A stretch of DNA of 57,693 bases from Octopus bimaculoides (Eukaryota): assembly GCF_001194135.2 (NCBI RefSeq), contig NC_068995.1, positions 21,239,638-21,297,330 on the forward strand, read 5' to 3'. The notes beneath the pieces are model-generated. The model did not search any database, was not told where the DNA came from, and saw nothing but the letters and a program-made list of their open reading frames with translations. Shown piece by piece: positions 1-12,982 of this stretch; the stretch's first letter is position 1, and each line of letters opens with the position of its first letter. The position numbers and the translations under genes were made by a program.

Positions 1-69
<69 letters not shown>

Positions 70-500
70 AATATATATGTATATATCGTTCATAGAATGG
101 TATATATGTTGTTTAATAGATGACATACACACAAGCGCGCGCACACACACGCACACACACGGACACACATATATAGTATGTAGATAGTTATATCTTATAT
201 AGACATAAGGAAAGATTAATATACTATTACAGACAGATTGAGTGGTTGATCGATAAAGATATATTGATAAATATATTGATGAATGTACCGATTAATCGGT
301 AGATAGAGTGAACCATTGATGATAGATCGATAGATCAATACACGACTTAGTATATAGGTAAAGTGGTGGAGGATAGAATTAGTGAGAGAAAGAATGAGAT
401 GGAGAGAGAAGGAGAGAGAGAGAGAACTGTCAGTATAAAATACATGAAAGGAAAGTGTTTACAAGTCAGATTAAGAGAACAAAGTCTTCTAGGTAAATCC
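1..500. repeat. Low-complexity (AT)n/(GT)n/(CA)n/(GATA)n/(GA)n tract
   Basis: Simple di- and tetranucleotide repeats read directly. Confidence 0.9.
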
Positions 501-932
501 TCTTATGTAATAGTGATCTCTGTATAATTCATAGTTCTATAGTATTTTATTTAAAGTAGTTGAACGGCACGTTTCTATTGCTGAAACAAAAGATATGTTG
601 ATAACAAATAGAGGACACTTTTTCTCTTGCCTTGGGTGTGTATGCATGTGGACTCGTTCGTATCTGTAGATAACATACACATTAATGCATACATCCATAG
701 ATACATACGAACAAATAAAATCCGACTCCAAAATGTAACCTGCAGGATGATAGCTTATCTGTACTGCTCTTTGTTCTCTCATTAACCTTATTATTTTACT
801 TGCTCACTATATACAGTTTTTTTAAAGAAATGAAACCAGAAACATCTGGCTCTTTTACATTGCAGGCGATTTGAAGCCTGTAATGTAAATCATTGCATCT
901 CTTTAGTAATTTTCTCAAGATAGTCTTTTCGT

Positions 933-1095
933 TTTTACTCTAGGCACAAGACCCGAAATTCTGGAGGAAATATAAGTCGATTAGATCGAACTCCCAGTAC
1001 GCAACTAATACTTAATTTATCGACCCCGAAAAAATGAAAGGAAAGTCGACCTCGACGGAATTTGAACTCAGAACGTAAAGGCAGACGAAATACCA
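933..1095 (-). mobile_element. SINE family A copy, 5'-truncated
   Basis: Reverse complement matches the window's best copy (41405-41645): ttctgagttcaaattcc..gaggtcgactttcctttcat..cggggtcgataaattaagt..ttgtgcctagag. Confidence 0.85.
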
Positions 1096-1129
1096 GGCTC
1101 AAGAGATGATTGCCGCATAAGGATAATGA

Positions 1130-2005
1130 GAATAGAGTCATCAACACTGTTAGCCTACAGCACACATGTCGCCCATAAAGTCTTCGGTTTGTCAACATCT
1201 AACACAGTATAAATATCGGGATAAATGGATTTGGATTCTGCGCAGCATTGCAGGACATTTCGATATAAATGTGGGAAGTAAACAGATTAGAATTCTTATA
1301 CAACAGAGATTTAGTAGTCTTAAATCTATATTAAAATCGTTTGGTACCCATATAGGCATTTCGAAGCAACATCAACTTGAAGGTTACCTCCATGCAATCT
1401 ATGAGTATGAAAACGCCACAAAGTGTCTTAATACAAGAAAACGCACGAACGATTGACAACAAATGTAAGCCATAAGAAAAAGAAGACATTAGTCACATTA
1501 CTGTCAAACGTAAACGATTGTCTTCTAGATACTTGATTTCCTACCAGCCTTGACGTGATTTCAAGAACAATCTAGAGGAATTGTGTAAAAGAAACAACAT
1601 ACCAACAAATAAATTTATACACATACTGATTAAGCCTGGGAATGAAAACAACAGTCAAATTACAACAAACCGTACCTAATATTGCTGCTGGTGACCGCAA
1701 AATAAGAACACACTTTGTTGTGGATATTAGTTGTCCACGTAACCTCAATGTAGTAGGGAGAGTACATAAGAAATAAGTCATCTGTGGACCATTTGGGAAC
1801 AACTTGTACATCCGGTAGTCACATTACGCTTTCAGCCTTATGCCCATTATTTCAGGAGCGAGAACATTTATATAGCAACCAGCCTAGATCGAAGTAGGAA
1901 TGCACTTGGATTCTTGGGAGAAGAAAACAACTCTTTAATTCATGGACTAGAGAAACTGACGTTATTTTAAGACAATAACATTCTATAAGAACTTTGAATT
2001 TAATG
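1130..2005 (+). mobile_element. Decayed 3' end of an RLE-type non-LTR retrotransposon (R4/Dong-like): post-RT region, CCHC knuckle remnant, restriction-like endonuclease
   Basis: Frameshifted translation gives LEGYLHAIYEYENATKCL, DNKC..EKEDISHI..KRLSSRYL, PNIAAGDRKIRTHFVVDISCP, YAFSLMPIISGA and ALGFLGEE. These are collinear with 53224-53560 and with the established RLE-LINE motif order. Confidence 0.8.
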
Positions 2006-3419
2006 TATTAATGGTTTCACGAACGATGTCGAAGAGAATAATATCCTTCTCTTTACAATCTTAACACCCAAATATTCACCTGTAGAAATGTGCTCTAAAA
2101 TATATGGGAAAGGGAATCATACGTACATAAATACATATGAACATACATACACACAGACACACACACACACACACACCTAAGTACATCATTATTTAATGTA
2201 AATCTATTCAACAAGGTTGTTCACTATACAGAGTTATTTCTCTCAGAACATTTTATTTTTACATATACAAATTAACTGGCCCATAAATATATTCGTGTCT
2301 TTTCTGTATATGTTAAAGTGTCTCGCCTTCTAGGGAAAAGATGATACTTCAACTGGTATACTGATGACATCAAATGAGACAGAAGCTTCTAGCCACAATT
2401 GTCCTCTTGCCTCAAGACAATGAAAATGCCTTTTCCTTAATGGCATACATGTGAATTGGAGAATTCTTGATTCTTGAGATTTTTTTATCATCGCTCTTGG
2501 AACAGGCCTGGATACCCGTTGCTACCAAAATATTATTCTACCTTCTATGGAAGTAAAGATAATTTCAAATTATCAAATAATAGTCATCTTTAACTGTGAT
2601 GTATGGCCGAATGCCTGTTCACTTTCTACCTACGATTTTATATAAGGAAACAGAAATAGTGTTACAAATATGAGAAAACTGGAAAGATTTTGGCGGCCGG
2701 CACATTGGGAATTTGTTAGTCCTGATTGGACTTAGTTGAAGCTAAATTTACCTGTGCCTTGCGCATCCACAAAAACCGTAACGAAATAAACTGTCAACTT
2801 TTTCAAAATATAAGTCGGGTTACCAAAACCTGGCTGCCAATGCAACTTTGAAATTTTTCATGTATAATAAAAAATATATATTGTATCAAGTACAAAGAAT
2901 TATGCATATATGGGAAGTGTAATGCGTAATGGGCAAAACATTTATCAAAGAATCACAGAATGTACTGAAAGCAATCGCTAAATTTAAGAAGATAGAACAT
3001 GAAACTACTATTGTTAGCTACGAAATATTCTCAAAGCAGAAAGTTATAATGTTTATTAAATTACGAGTGTTTATGAATTCAGTTTAAAGTAGACCAATTA
3101 GATGTATGTTTACATAAATGATGCAAGCATTATTTTTGTTTAATCGACATGACAGAAATTGATAGTGAGTTGATGTAGTTTGTACTTCACACATTAAACA
3201 GAATGATTATAGTTTCTTTAAGAATCTTCATCACATTAATATCAGCATTTCCACAACATTTCGACAGAAAAACTGAAATGAATTCATCATTTATATGTAT
3301 TTTGCCAACAATTCACTGTTTTTCGCACTTTTCGCATTTGACTTCAAAGTGGAGTTCTTTTAAAGCAAGCAGTTCTGTTATCTGCTTGAAGTACTTTCTG
3401 ATTTTGAGAATCCATTGTA

Positions 3420-3894
3420 CGTGGTCTGATCTATTAGTATCCGGACTGTTGCCATAGTAACTACCCTGAAGCATGCAGAGTAAAGCTGCCTGCCACGGGT
3501 CAAATTTAAACACTGCCGTGATGCGACGATTTCCCCTCACAGCTGCACACACATCTGCGATGTTTTTCTTAGTTGTGCTGGTTGCAGGTCTCCAAGAACA
3601 TTCGTCAATATCGACATTTTCTTGGCCATCTTGGAAACGTCTGATACACTTTCCATAACTTTCTGCAACTTTCCATACACTTTCTGCAAATTTGTGTTGG
3701 CCATGACAAATTTGTGTTGGCCATGACAACTTTCTCCTTCGAAGCACTGCTGTAAACAGCAGAATAAGCTACAACGTTGAAACGAAGTGTGCACGCACAG
3801 CAGAGTTCAAGGACAATCTTTCTAGCAGCTTCACTCTGCTTACTTTAGCTTAATTACTATGGCAACAGTCCGGATACTTATTGATCATACCTCG
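3420..3894 (-). mobile_element. Internally deleted mariner element (MITE-like) with TA TSD
   Basis: TIRs CGTGGTCTGATCTATTAGTATCCGGACTGTTGCCATAGTAA and, as reverse complement, CGAGGTATGATCAATAAGTATCCGGACTGTTGCCATAGTAA; imperfect match extends to about 75 bp. TA at 3418-3419 and 3895-3896. Minus strand encodes RRFQDGQENVDIDECSWRPATSTT..NRRIT, a mariner N-terminal HTH remnant. Confidence 0.9.
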
Positions 3895-4152
3895 TACATG
3901 AGTACCCGTAAAGGAGTTATCTAAGAGCAACATGTAAGGTGTTTGAACATAAATTTCTATGCTATGTATTTCATTGTTAACAGGACATATTGAGTATTGC
4001 GGTGCAATCTAAATATTTTCATAAAGGAAATATATTTCTCTTCTAAACTCTGGTATTTACTTTCTCTCTCGCATTAGTGTATCATTGTTTCGTTATCAGC
4101 GACACTAACTTCCAGGAAGGCGACAATAAATTGCGAAAACGATTTGAAGGTA

Positions 4153-4611
4153 CCGTAAATCTTCGTGTAGAATCCGCATTTTTTTCCAAAAATGTAAAGG
4201 TCAAAATTCCTAGTGCATTCTATATACGAGGTAAAAAATGAAAAATATTTTCTAAGCAATGTCCGAGTCTCTATTTGCTGTCCGGCAATGTTTATTTAGA
4301 CACATTTTGTGATGTCGGGCTTTTAAATGATAGTGGTAAATATGTAAAGGCAATTTACTTAATATTTATTTTTCACTATTATTTCTTTATTTTCTGCAAA
4401 CAAAGTGCATTAAGAAGCTACACGTTTGCATTATGTTATATATACAATAATAACAAAGGACGTTACCGTATATACGTTTACAAACCAAGGACATTCTATA
4501 GACCTCCCTGACTCAAGTTAGAGAAGGAGTGCGTATTATACACAAGGTTTAGGTTTTTCAGAGGTACAGTCCCCTAAAAATCCCCTGCGTATTATACTCG
4601 AGGATTTATGG
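4153..4611. mobile_element. Non-autonomous Tc1/pogo-like MITE with TA TSD
   Basis: Left end CCGTAAATCTTCGTGTAGAATCCGCA vs reverse complement of right end CCATAAATCCTCGAGTATAATACGCA (21/26). TA at 4151-4152 and 4612-4613. Subterminal copies of the gtgcgtattatac motif. No coding capacity. Confidence 0.7.
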
Positions 4612-5224
4612 TAGTTGGCACAGAGAAGGAATTTTATGCGACTGTTTAATTTTCAGGGGAAATATATATAGATGAAAGTTACATCAAACCAAGTTTATTG
4701 CGGATATTTTCATTGGCACAACTAAGAGTTTAAACTGCGTAATATATACCATCTAATCAATAGTTACATGCCTACTTAAAAGAAACATATTGCGAACTCG
4801 TTTACTTTTGCCATCAGCAAGGATGTTCCGGAGTTCTTCTTGATGCGTGAAAGGCTTCAGAATATTTTTGAACGTTTCAATCAATACGTAATCTATAAAT
4901 CCGAAACGGCAAATCAGTATTCCCTTAAGCTGTAAAGAGCCTTCGAGGAATTGCGATTACTGATACACACGCAGCTCACAAAGATGGTACAATATCCGTT
5001 GTTCTGTTCAGAAGTAACAGCAAAACAAGCCAGGCCTGGTCATTTAGATAAAAACAATACCAGCATCAGTTCATTTTCATGTTTTCACAGTACTGAGAAG
5101 TCGGTCTAGTGCTGCACACAATTTACTTTCATCTGCAGGAGAAAAATTGACACAGTTATCAGTAAATATTCATTCTGTTGTACATATGCATCCATACGTA
5201 CAAACACATTTTCTCCCCCCACCC

Positions 5225-5263
<39 letters not shown>

Positions 5264-5334
5264 GCATACACAAATATATTCATACAGCTATGTACCTACA
5301 CACACACACATATATATACATATAAACATATATA

Positions 5335-5500
5335 TGCGCAGGCGTGATCTTGTGGCAAGAATCTTGCTTCCCAACCACAAGGTTTGGGGTTCAGTCCCAC
5401 TACGTGACACCTTGGACTAGCGTCTTCTACTTTAGCCTCGGGGCGTCCAAAGCCTTCTGAGTGAACTTGGTTGACGGAAACTGAAAGAAGCCCATATATG

Positions 5501-5553
<53 letters not shown>

Positions 5554-5695
5554 TTGAATGTATATATTTAGGTGTCACCGTTGCTTGCAGCTAATGTTGG
5601 TGTGTTTATATCCCTGGATCCTAGCGGTTCGGCCTAAGAGACCAATAGAATAAGTACTAGGCTTACAAAGAATAAGTCATGGGTTCGATTTAAAC
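5335..5695 (+). mobile_element. SINE family B copy (tRNA-derived head, CORE-like segment, internal TA/GT microsatellite)
   Basis: gcgcaggcgtg..ggttcagtccca head, gacaccttgg(a)c segment and gatagaataagtactaggcttacaaagaataag tail; collinear with 44413-44957. Confidence 0.85.
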
Positions 5696-5773
5696 CAAAT
5701 ATCTATTATATTTTTCTTCCCTATTTTCTTTTATTAACTTTATATCTATAATTAAGGTGGGTGGACGCAATTC

Positions 5774-6470
5774 AAAAGGAAATAATTCACCGTCACTAAA
5801 CTGTGACGACATGTGCTGGAAACACCAGAATTGATAGAAATAGGTGTCAAAGAACTCTTCAGCCACCGAAAGTACATTTTCTATCTACTGACAAGGGAGA
5901 TAACCCCACCACCACCACCACCACACACTTTCTGGCTGATTCCAATGATAAAATCTATATATACTAATGGGCTAGAATGTCACTTCACCACCTATGATGG
6001 AATGAGTATTATTCATGAGCATAAAATAGCATGCAGAATTTGCTCGCAGCTCTAAAATCGACTAAAGTGTGGTGGGGAGGTTGTCTCTCCTGTCAGTAGA
6101 TACAAAATATGCTTTTTTTGGCTAAATAATTCTTTGGCTCTTATTTCTAGAAATGATGGTGCTCCCTGCACATTTCATCACCGTTTATTGACGATGAAGT
6201 ATTTCCTTTTTTATTTTCAGATGCATCTAGCCACCTCCATTATTTTATAACTTTCATACCATCGGTTCCTGTGGTAAATTCTATGTATACTGACAGGGTA
6301 GAATTTAACTTCACCTCCCACAATGGAATTAGCATTACAGATGAGCGTTAAATTTCATGTGAAGTTGTTATGCCAAATATAATGGCACTGAACTGTAGTG
6401 GGGAGGTTATCTCCTCCGTCAGTAGATAGAAAATGTTCTCTGTGGATAAAGCGTTCTTTGACTCATGTTT
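5774..6470. repeat. Diverged inverted plus direct repeat complex (about 140-bp unit, three copies)
   Basis: 5774-5910 is the reverse complement of 6070-6210; 5978-6120 recurs directly at 6306-6445. Shared core ggggaggtt(a/g)tctc..gtcagtagata(g/c)aaaat. Confidence 0.75.
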
Positions 6471-6769
6471 GTAACAATACTGGTACACCACACATACACC
6501 CACACAAACACACATATATATATCATATATGTATGTGGCTGTGGGGGTGTATTAAGTTCAACATGATAAAAAATGTATTGTAAATAAACATTCGGCATAA
6601 CGTATGCTGAATGTTAAACTAGACAGGAGAGAACCACAGAAGGCCCCTAATTCTTCATCAGTTATCAACCAATTGCTAATACACAGTTTCTCACATTTAA
6701 TGATAAGACTGGGAGCCTCAGAATTTTGCGGAGAATTCTGGGCCGTGAGCAAACAAAACAAAACAAAGC

Positions 6770-7310
6770 AAACTGACACGGAGTGTGATTTAGGACACTG
6801 GACAATCCATGCAGTGGAAATACCTTGATCCAAAGAAGGTCAAGAGCGTTTCATCTGCGTGGAAGGTGATGACCTCCGTGTTTTGGGATGCAAGAGCATT
6901 GTGTTTATTGACTATCTTCAAAAGAGCCATCCCATCAATAGACACTACTATCCCAGCATGCTATCAAGACCAAATGCCCAGGAAAGCTGATGTAAGATGC
7001 CTTGTTTCATTTGGACAATGCATAAGCAAGCAAGACCTTGGTTTCAAAGGCTGCTGAGCGAGACTGTGCTTTGAACTGGCTGATCACCCTCCCTATTCTT
7101 TTGATTTGGCCCCATTTGATTATGACCTGTTCCTCGTCATGAAAACACACTTGGCTGGGAATCAGTATCGCATCTTCACCAATGGTATCCAAGCATTGCA
7201 ACACTGATGGAATAAGTGTGGTGACCGCAATGAGTCTATGTTGAGAAATAAGCCTTCTTTGGTCACATTTTACTTTGGACATCCTATAAACTTTTCAGCC
7301 GACCCCCATA
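6770..7310 (+). mobile_element. Mariner transposase C-terminal relic with 3' TIR
   Basis: Translation gives QWKY..KKVKSVSSAWKVMTSVFWDA, IVFIDYLQK, FHLDNA and ELADHPPYSFDLAPFDYDLF. Ends in aaacttttcagccgacccccata. Confidence 0.9.
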
Positions 7311-9621
7311 AAACCATCTATACAGTTACTAATGCATCTCTCGATTATCATTCAGGTAAATGGAAGGATCAGAGAACGGTTGATAGTAGCAGTTTGTAAA
7401 ATGTTATAACTATAAAATATACAGGTATCTATATGAATATACGCATGGTTTATGCATATACAAATATGCCGCACTTATATGTAGATGTACACGCTGGCCT
7501 ACATTTTTGTAAATGGTTGTATTTGCCTATTATCTGCAAATGCATTTTCGAATATTATATCTTATTACATGTATAAATATTATTGCTTATCTGTCTGCTT
7601 TTTCGCAAATTTATTCCCAAAATAATATAGGTTTTTTCTGACAATCATAATTGAAAAATAGTTTAGTAATCCCAGAGAAAGACTATCGACTATAGTTTTA
7701 TACACGCACATACCACACGCATACACACACATACATTCCACATACATATATAAACATACACCCTACCATACACACATATATATATATATTAATCATCATT
7801 ACATTATAATTTCCTGTAATATCAATTCTCAATATTTTAAGTTTTTCTCAGTACATTAATCTCTTCGAGATCTCGTTTATATATACTTTTTACTTTAATT
7901 TCTATTTTGTTTTTAACGTTTGTCTCTCAACATATGCGTGTCCTAATTTATTAAGACATGTTTATTTCTATACATATATAAAATACACGTTTGTCTGTTC
8001 CACTTTTCATTTACTATATTGACGAACAATATAAACGGTAACAAAGAAACAAAAACGTATTAGAATTGCATAAAGTAAACCAAATGCTAAATGAAAGCAA
8101 TACAGTTAAACTTAATGAGAAACAAGAAAAGAAGATTAGAACGATGTGCTACAGACTCACCGCAAAAAACCTTTCAGAATGTATAGCTCTGACGGATAAC
8201 ACTTTCTTAATGCGAGCATAATGATATTGATACGCTGTGGACTTGACAAAATAAAATTCTGGTTCATGAGCAAGAAATGAATTGGAAGAAAGTGGTGAAA
8301 GCTCCGAGCAATGAAAATTTATCTTCATGCGTAACATATCAATAAGTGTTATCATATATAGAGAAGATACCTTTATTTAATTATACAATTACCTAAGTAA
8401 AGTTTAAATCACATTTATACAAATAGAATCTGTAAATTTATTGATATTTTCACACGATCATCTGCAAAATTTGGACACAACAGTTTCCAACAAATCTGTA
8501 ATATTCCAACAAATCTGTAAGTTAGTGTCCAGCATACCCACAGTCCAATGCATAAAACAAGTACAAGAAAAAGGAATTTTCGTGTGTGTGCGTGTATCTG
8601 GCGAATACTGGTAGTGAACGATATTCATGACAAGGCTACTCGCCATTCCTCGCAAATGAAAGAGACTCTCAGTACATCAAGTGGGAGTTACATATATTAA
8701 TTAAAAAGACTTATTTCGGGCCCATATTCGACTTCAAAGTTATGTTGGCTTCTTGCAGATACATTGCTCGTTGTGCATAGTTAATCGAATGGAGAGAAAC
8801 TTTAAGATTAAAATGGCTGCCGAAAACTGGGCTACCATTGGTCAAGATGGGCCATATGCTGTTGTTAAAGTGAGATCAGCATTTCAGCAACACCAGATGG
8901 AGTAAAAGGGACAGATTCTTGGACCACGTAGCCGAGCAGGAATCTAGTGCTGCCTTACTGTCGTTGAAGGGATTCGCAGTCGAGGATGTGTGTATGTATA
9001 CCAAATGTATGAGCACGTAACGATGGATGTATGACGTCTATGCGCGTATATATGTTTTGCATGTGATTTATTAATTATTTTTGTGGGGACGCGTGAGTGT
9101 CAGCTGGCATACGGGAAGGAGAACTGGTGCGTATATGCGTATTTGGTCGTATGGGCGTGAGTTCTCGCGTGCGCAATTATGTGGGTGTACGTGTCAGCTA
9201 TGCATATCAGCTGCGTATGTATGGGTGTTTGTGTGTGCGAATATGTGTGCGTTAATGTCTGCTATATACGCATATCCGTGCGTACGTGTTTGGGATGCAT
9301 CTCTGGCTATGTATTCATATGGATGATTGGTGAATTTGAGCATGTACATTGCTGTTTTGATGTGAGTATGAATGATGTGTGCTTGTTTGTCTGGAAGACT
9401 ACGTATGCGTCCTGCTAGTGTTTTCATATGGTGTGTGCGTGCATACATATGTATGTTTATAGTATTTGCGCGTGAGAGGATGGCTGGGATACACTAGTGT
9501 AGTTGAGCTACCTATATGAGTAGTACTTGCACATATTTTGCTCTAGGACCACGTGTAGGAAACCGACCCTTCTCAGTTTGGTGGTGACTGTTATGGACAG
9601 GACGGAAACTGTTTAAAATTA

Positions 9622-9623
<2 letters not shown>

Positions 9624-9674
<51 letters not shown>

Positions 9675-9681
9675 TCATCAT

Positions 9682-9723
<42 letters not shown>

Positions 9724-9724
9724 C

Positions 9725-9779
<55 letters not shown>

Positions 9780-9930
9780 ATAATAATAATAAAAACAATA
9801 ACCAATAATAATAAGAAGAATAAGGATAACAATAATAATAATAGTAATAATAATAATAATGATAATAATAATGATATTATTATTATTATCATTATCATTA
9901 TTATTATTATTATTGTTATTATTATTATTA

Positions 9931-10010
<80 letters not shown>

Positions 10011-10018
10011 TTCATTAT
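9624..10018. repeat. Compound trinucleotide microsatellite (AGT)n(ATC)n(AGC)n(AGT)n(AAT)n(ATT)n
   Basis: Read directly; accounts for the poly-I/T/L ORF 9512..10102. Confidence 0.95.
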
Positions 10019-10030
10019 TATAGCGCTTTC

Positions 10031-10805
10031 GGATCCTTTCTGTTTGGTTGCCAGCGTCAATTTCGTGTACGAATTCATTTCATATTCAGTGTAGTGATAC
10101 ACTTTTATAGGCTAATTAATGACGTGAAAGTAATTCTCGCTATAAATCAATAAATAAAGGGTTATTAGTAATTAAATTTTGAAAAATTTTGATAATTTTA
10201 GCCAATCGTATGTCTCAGATACATTCATAGCTGTTTTGATAGTAAGAAACGGAACATAAGAACTCTTTTGCCTGTTGCCATAGTAACAGTCTTTGAAAAG
10301 TGTTTTACTTGCGAGGAAGTACGTGTTGACAGCAACCTTTGCAAAGTATTTTATGTAGGAGGAAGCACACGTTGGCAAATTTGACGCTGTGTTCTGTGTG
10401 ATTATGGCGGCAAGCTCCAGTAACTTCGCTTCTATTATTTTTTTTTTGCCATTGAGCATTGAGGTGGTTGTGAGGAGTGCCAAAAATAACAGCTAAATAA
10501 TATTTTTTGGATAAATCTTTTAAATTAATATAAACATTTATTTACGTGCAAGTTGTTTACAAATATTGACACGTGTTATTTTGAGGATGTTGACGACAAA
10601 ATGTGTAGTCACTCACAAAATGAGAGCTACCAATTCCTGTTTCCTGACTGGAGGAAAATGATCAAATTTTAAACCTCTATAACTTCTTAAAAGCAAATTT
10701 CTGAAAAAAATAACTCCAGCAATTCAGTTTGGTCAAGTGCAGAATTTTTTAATTTTCTGTAAACTTTAATTTTTGGAACCGCTGGCAACCAAACTGAAAG
10801 GATCC
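10031..10805. mobile_element. Non-autonomous DNA transposon, Merlin-like (GG-terminal 26-bp TIR, 8-bp TSD)
   Basis: GGATCCTTTCTGTTTGGTTGCCAGCG (10031-10056) vs reverse complement of CGCTGGCAACCAAACTGAAAGGATCC (10780-10805), 25/26. Flanks GCGCTTTC (10023-10030) and ACGCTTTC (10806-10813). Confidence 0.8.
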
Positions 10806-10819
10806 ACGCTTTCTACAAT

Positions 10820-10980
10820 AGACAGAGGGCCTGAAATTTGGGGAAGCGGGGCTAGTCGATTACATGTTTAACTGGTACTTATTTCTTCGACTCCGAAAGG
10901 ATGTGAGGCACAGTCGACCACGGGCAGCATTTCAACTCAGAACATAGCGACAGGCCAAATACCGCAATGCATTTTGTCCA
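10820..10980 (-). mobile_element. SINE family A copy, degenerate
   Basis: aactggtacttatttcttcgactccgaaagga..agtcgacc..aactcagaac matches the reverse complement of family A. Confidence 0.75.
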
Positions 10981-11000
10981 GGGGGAAATTCCGTTAAGCA

Positions 11001-11056
<56 letters not shown>

Positions 11057-11313
11057 ATGCCTGTAAATGTATAACCATATATTAATCGATTCGCATATAA
11101 ATATCTACTTTCGTGTCCTCACATGTATGATTATTCATCTGCGCGCATGCGTCTGCATTATATACTTTCTTACGATTGTGTACATTTCATATTAAATGCG
11201 CATATATCTTGTGTTACTGTATCTAACATGTACTACATCAATGTCACCAAATAAGCGTCTCCTAATGAAAGACTGAGTGATTATAAATGCGATAGCAATG
11301 GCAATAAAAGAAA

Positions 11314-11446
11314 CGATGATGNNNNNNNNNNNNNNNNNNNNNNNNNNNNNNNNNNNNNNNNNNNNNNNNNNNNNNNNNNNNNNNNNNGATGATGATGATG
11401 ATGATGATGATGAGGAGGAGGAGGAGGAGGAGGAGGAGGAGGAGGA
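11314..11446. repeat. (GAT)n..(GAG)n microsatellite spanning an N gap
   Basis: Read directly. Confidence 0.9.
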
Positions 11447-11589
11447 GAAATCGGATCATGGTTTTGCTATCGTTCATGACGGCAATAAGGATGGGTGAAC
11501 GCGGAGATGAGGAGGAAGAAGATGATGGTCATTACTACAGTAGTTAAACTGTGTGACGATGATGAATCATTCAGTAACAATGATAATAC

Positions 11590-11700
11590 TGATGGTTGTT
11601 TAACTCCGGTTCAACTGTGACCAAGTTGACCGTTACCACGTGGTTAGTTGAAAAAATGTTGAGCAGCAACCAAACGTTCTAAAGAATCAACTGACCCAGC
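11590..11700 (-). mobile_element. Old interspersed repeat family D, 3' tail
   Basis: gttgtttaactccggttcaactgtgaccaagttgacc is a diverged reverse complement of the tails at 14030-14062, 15285-15310 and 33270-33300. Confidence 0.45.
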
Positions 11701-12599
11701 CAGACCATACGCTATACCTTGTTAAGGTTGCTACTGCACACATTGATTGCCGCAGTCAACTGTATAGCGTGCAACGTATATTACATTTGCGTTATCGTAC
11801 ACTGATTATATTATAAATACGCATATACACACACACTCATATCCTACTTCATTTTATTATTTTGCAAAAATATGATAAACAATTATCCATCAAAATTGTT
11901 GTCGTCCATTTACAGTTGAATTATCAGTTAACAGATTGTAGAGATGCGACAAACGACTTTTGGCACGTATATACGTGTGTGTATAAGCACAATACTATTA
12001 TAAAATAATAATAGACTACAAATTAACATAAGTGTGTGAGTTTGGTTTAATGCTTTCTTCTTTTACATCACGGTTCAATGTTTCAGTATCAACATAGGAT
12101 TCAGATGAAATCTCTTTCCAAACATGTATTAAATACGCGCGCGCACGTGTGTGTGTGAGTGTAAGCACAAGTTTTGAATATAAAACTGACGTGCGTACAC
12201 AAGCCTAAACATACATACACAGATACACAGGCACATTCACACCCACATCCACACATACACACACAATATATATATATAGAGAGAGAGAGATAGATAGATA
12301 GAAAGATAGATAGATAGATAGATGTACACATGCTTGTTTTTGAATATGTTTGTAAAATAGAATTAATATCATAATTATTTAAATAGGTTGCATGAATTCT
12401 TTTCTAGCATTTCAACTAATTCACTGAATTGCATCATTTCCATCTATATGTCGAGAAAAAACAAGAGAAACGGTGACACTGGCAGCAAAGGCAGCGCAAC
12501 AGTAAGATTAACCATTCAAAACGAATAGCAACAGCAACCATACTAAGAATATCTTCTAACTTTTGTTTGCAGTCTTTACACTGCGGACATGCAGGAGAA

Positions 12600-12982
12600 C
12601 CACCATGAGGAATTCAGGTCGAAGGAATCGACCCAAGATTTTAAAAACTTAGTACATTTTATTGTTTACTTTTGCAGAACCGCTAATTTACGGTGACGAA
12701 ATACATCAACACGGATAGACAAGTGGTGGCGTGGGGCAAACAAAGATACAGTAACACACACAGACACACACTCACACACTCACCACACAACTCACACACA
12801 AACACACATACAGGCATACACACAGAGACGGATACACACACACATGCATACACACATGCATACACACACACATGCATACACACACACACACATATAAGTA
12901 TTTGGTCGTGTGCCTTCCGGTCGGCCTGAACCCATGACCGTGTAGTTGGGTAGCAAACTTCTTACCACGCAACCACGCCAGT
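12600..12982 (-). mobile_element. SINE family B copy
   Basis: Reverse complement gives ggcgtggttgcgtggtaagaagtttgctacccaac..gggttcagg head, internal GT repeat and the ttagcggttc(t)gcaaaa segment. Confidence 0.8.

Noticed and set aside
1345-1440. HIGISK..YENATK looked like a Penelope GIY-YIG endonuclease
   Set aside because: It is collinear with a downstream CCHC remnant and RLE domain and fits the EGY..AI.E.E..TK motif of RLE-type LINEs better.
8810-8850. YY1-like (aaaatggctgcc) and CCAAT-like motifs; similar motifs at 26876 and 36690
   Set aside because: Short motifs with no independent support for a promoter.
9512-10102. 196-aa ORF and the many poly-I/L/T/CV/HT/ER ORFs in the track
   Set aside because: Translations of microsatellites.
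10172-10483. 103-aa ORF as a host gene
   Set aside because: It lies wholly inside a TIR/TSD-bounded transposon and has no splice or homology support.
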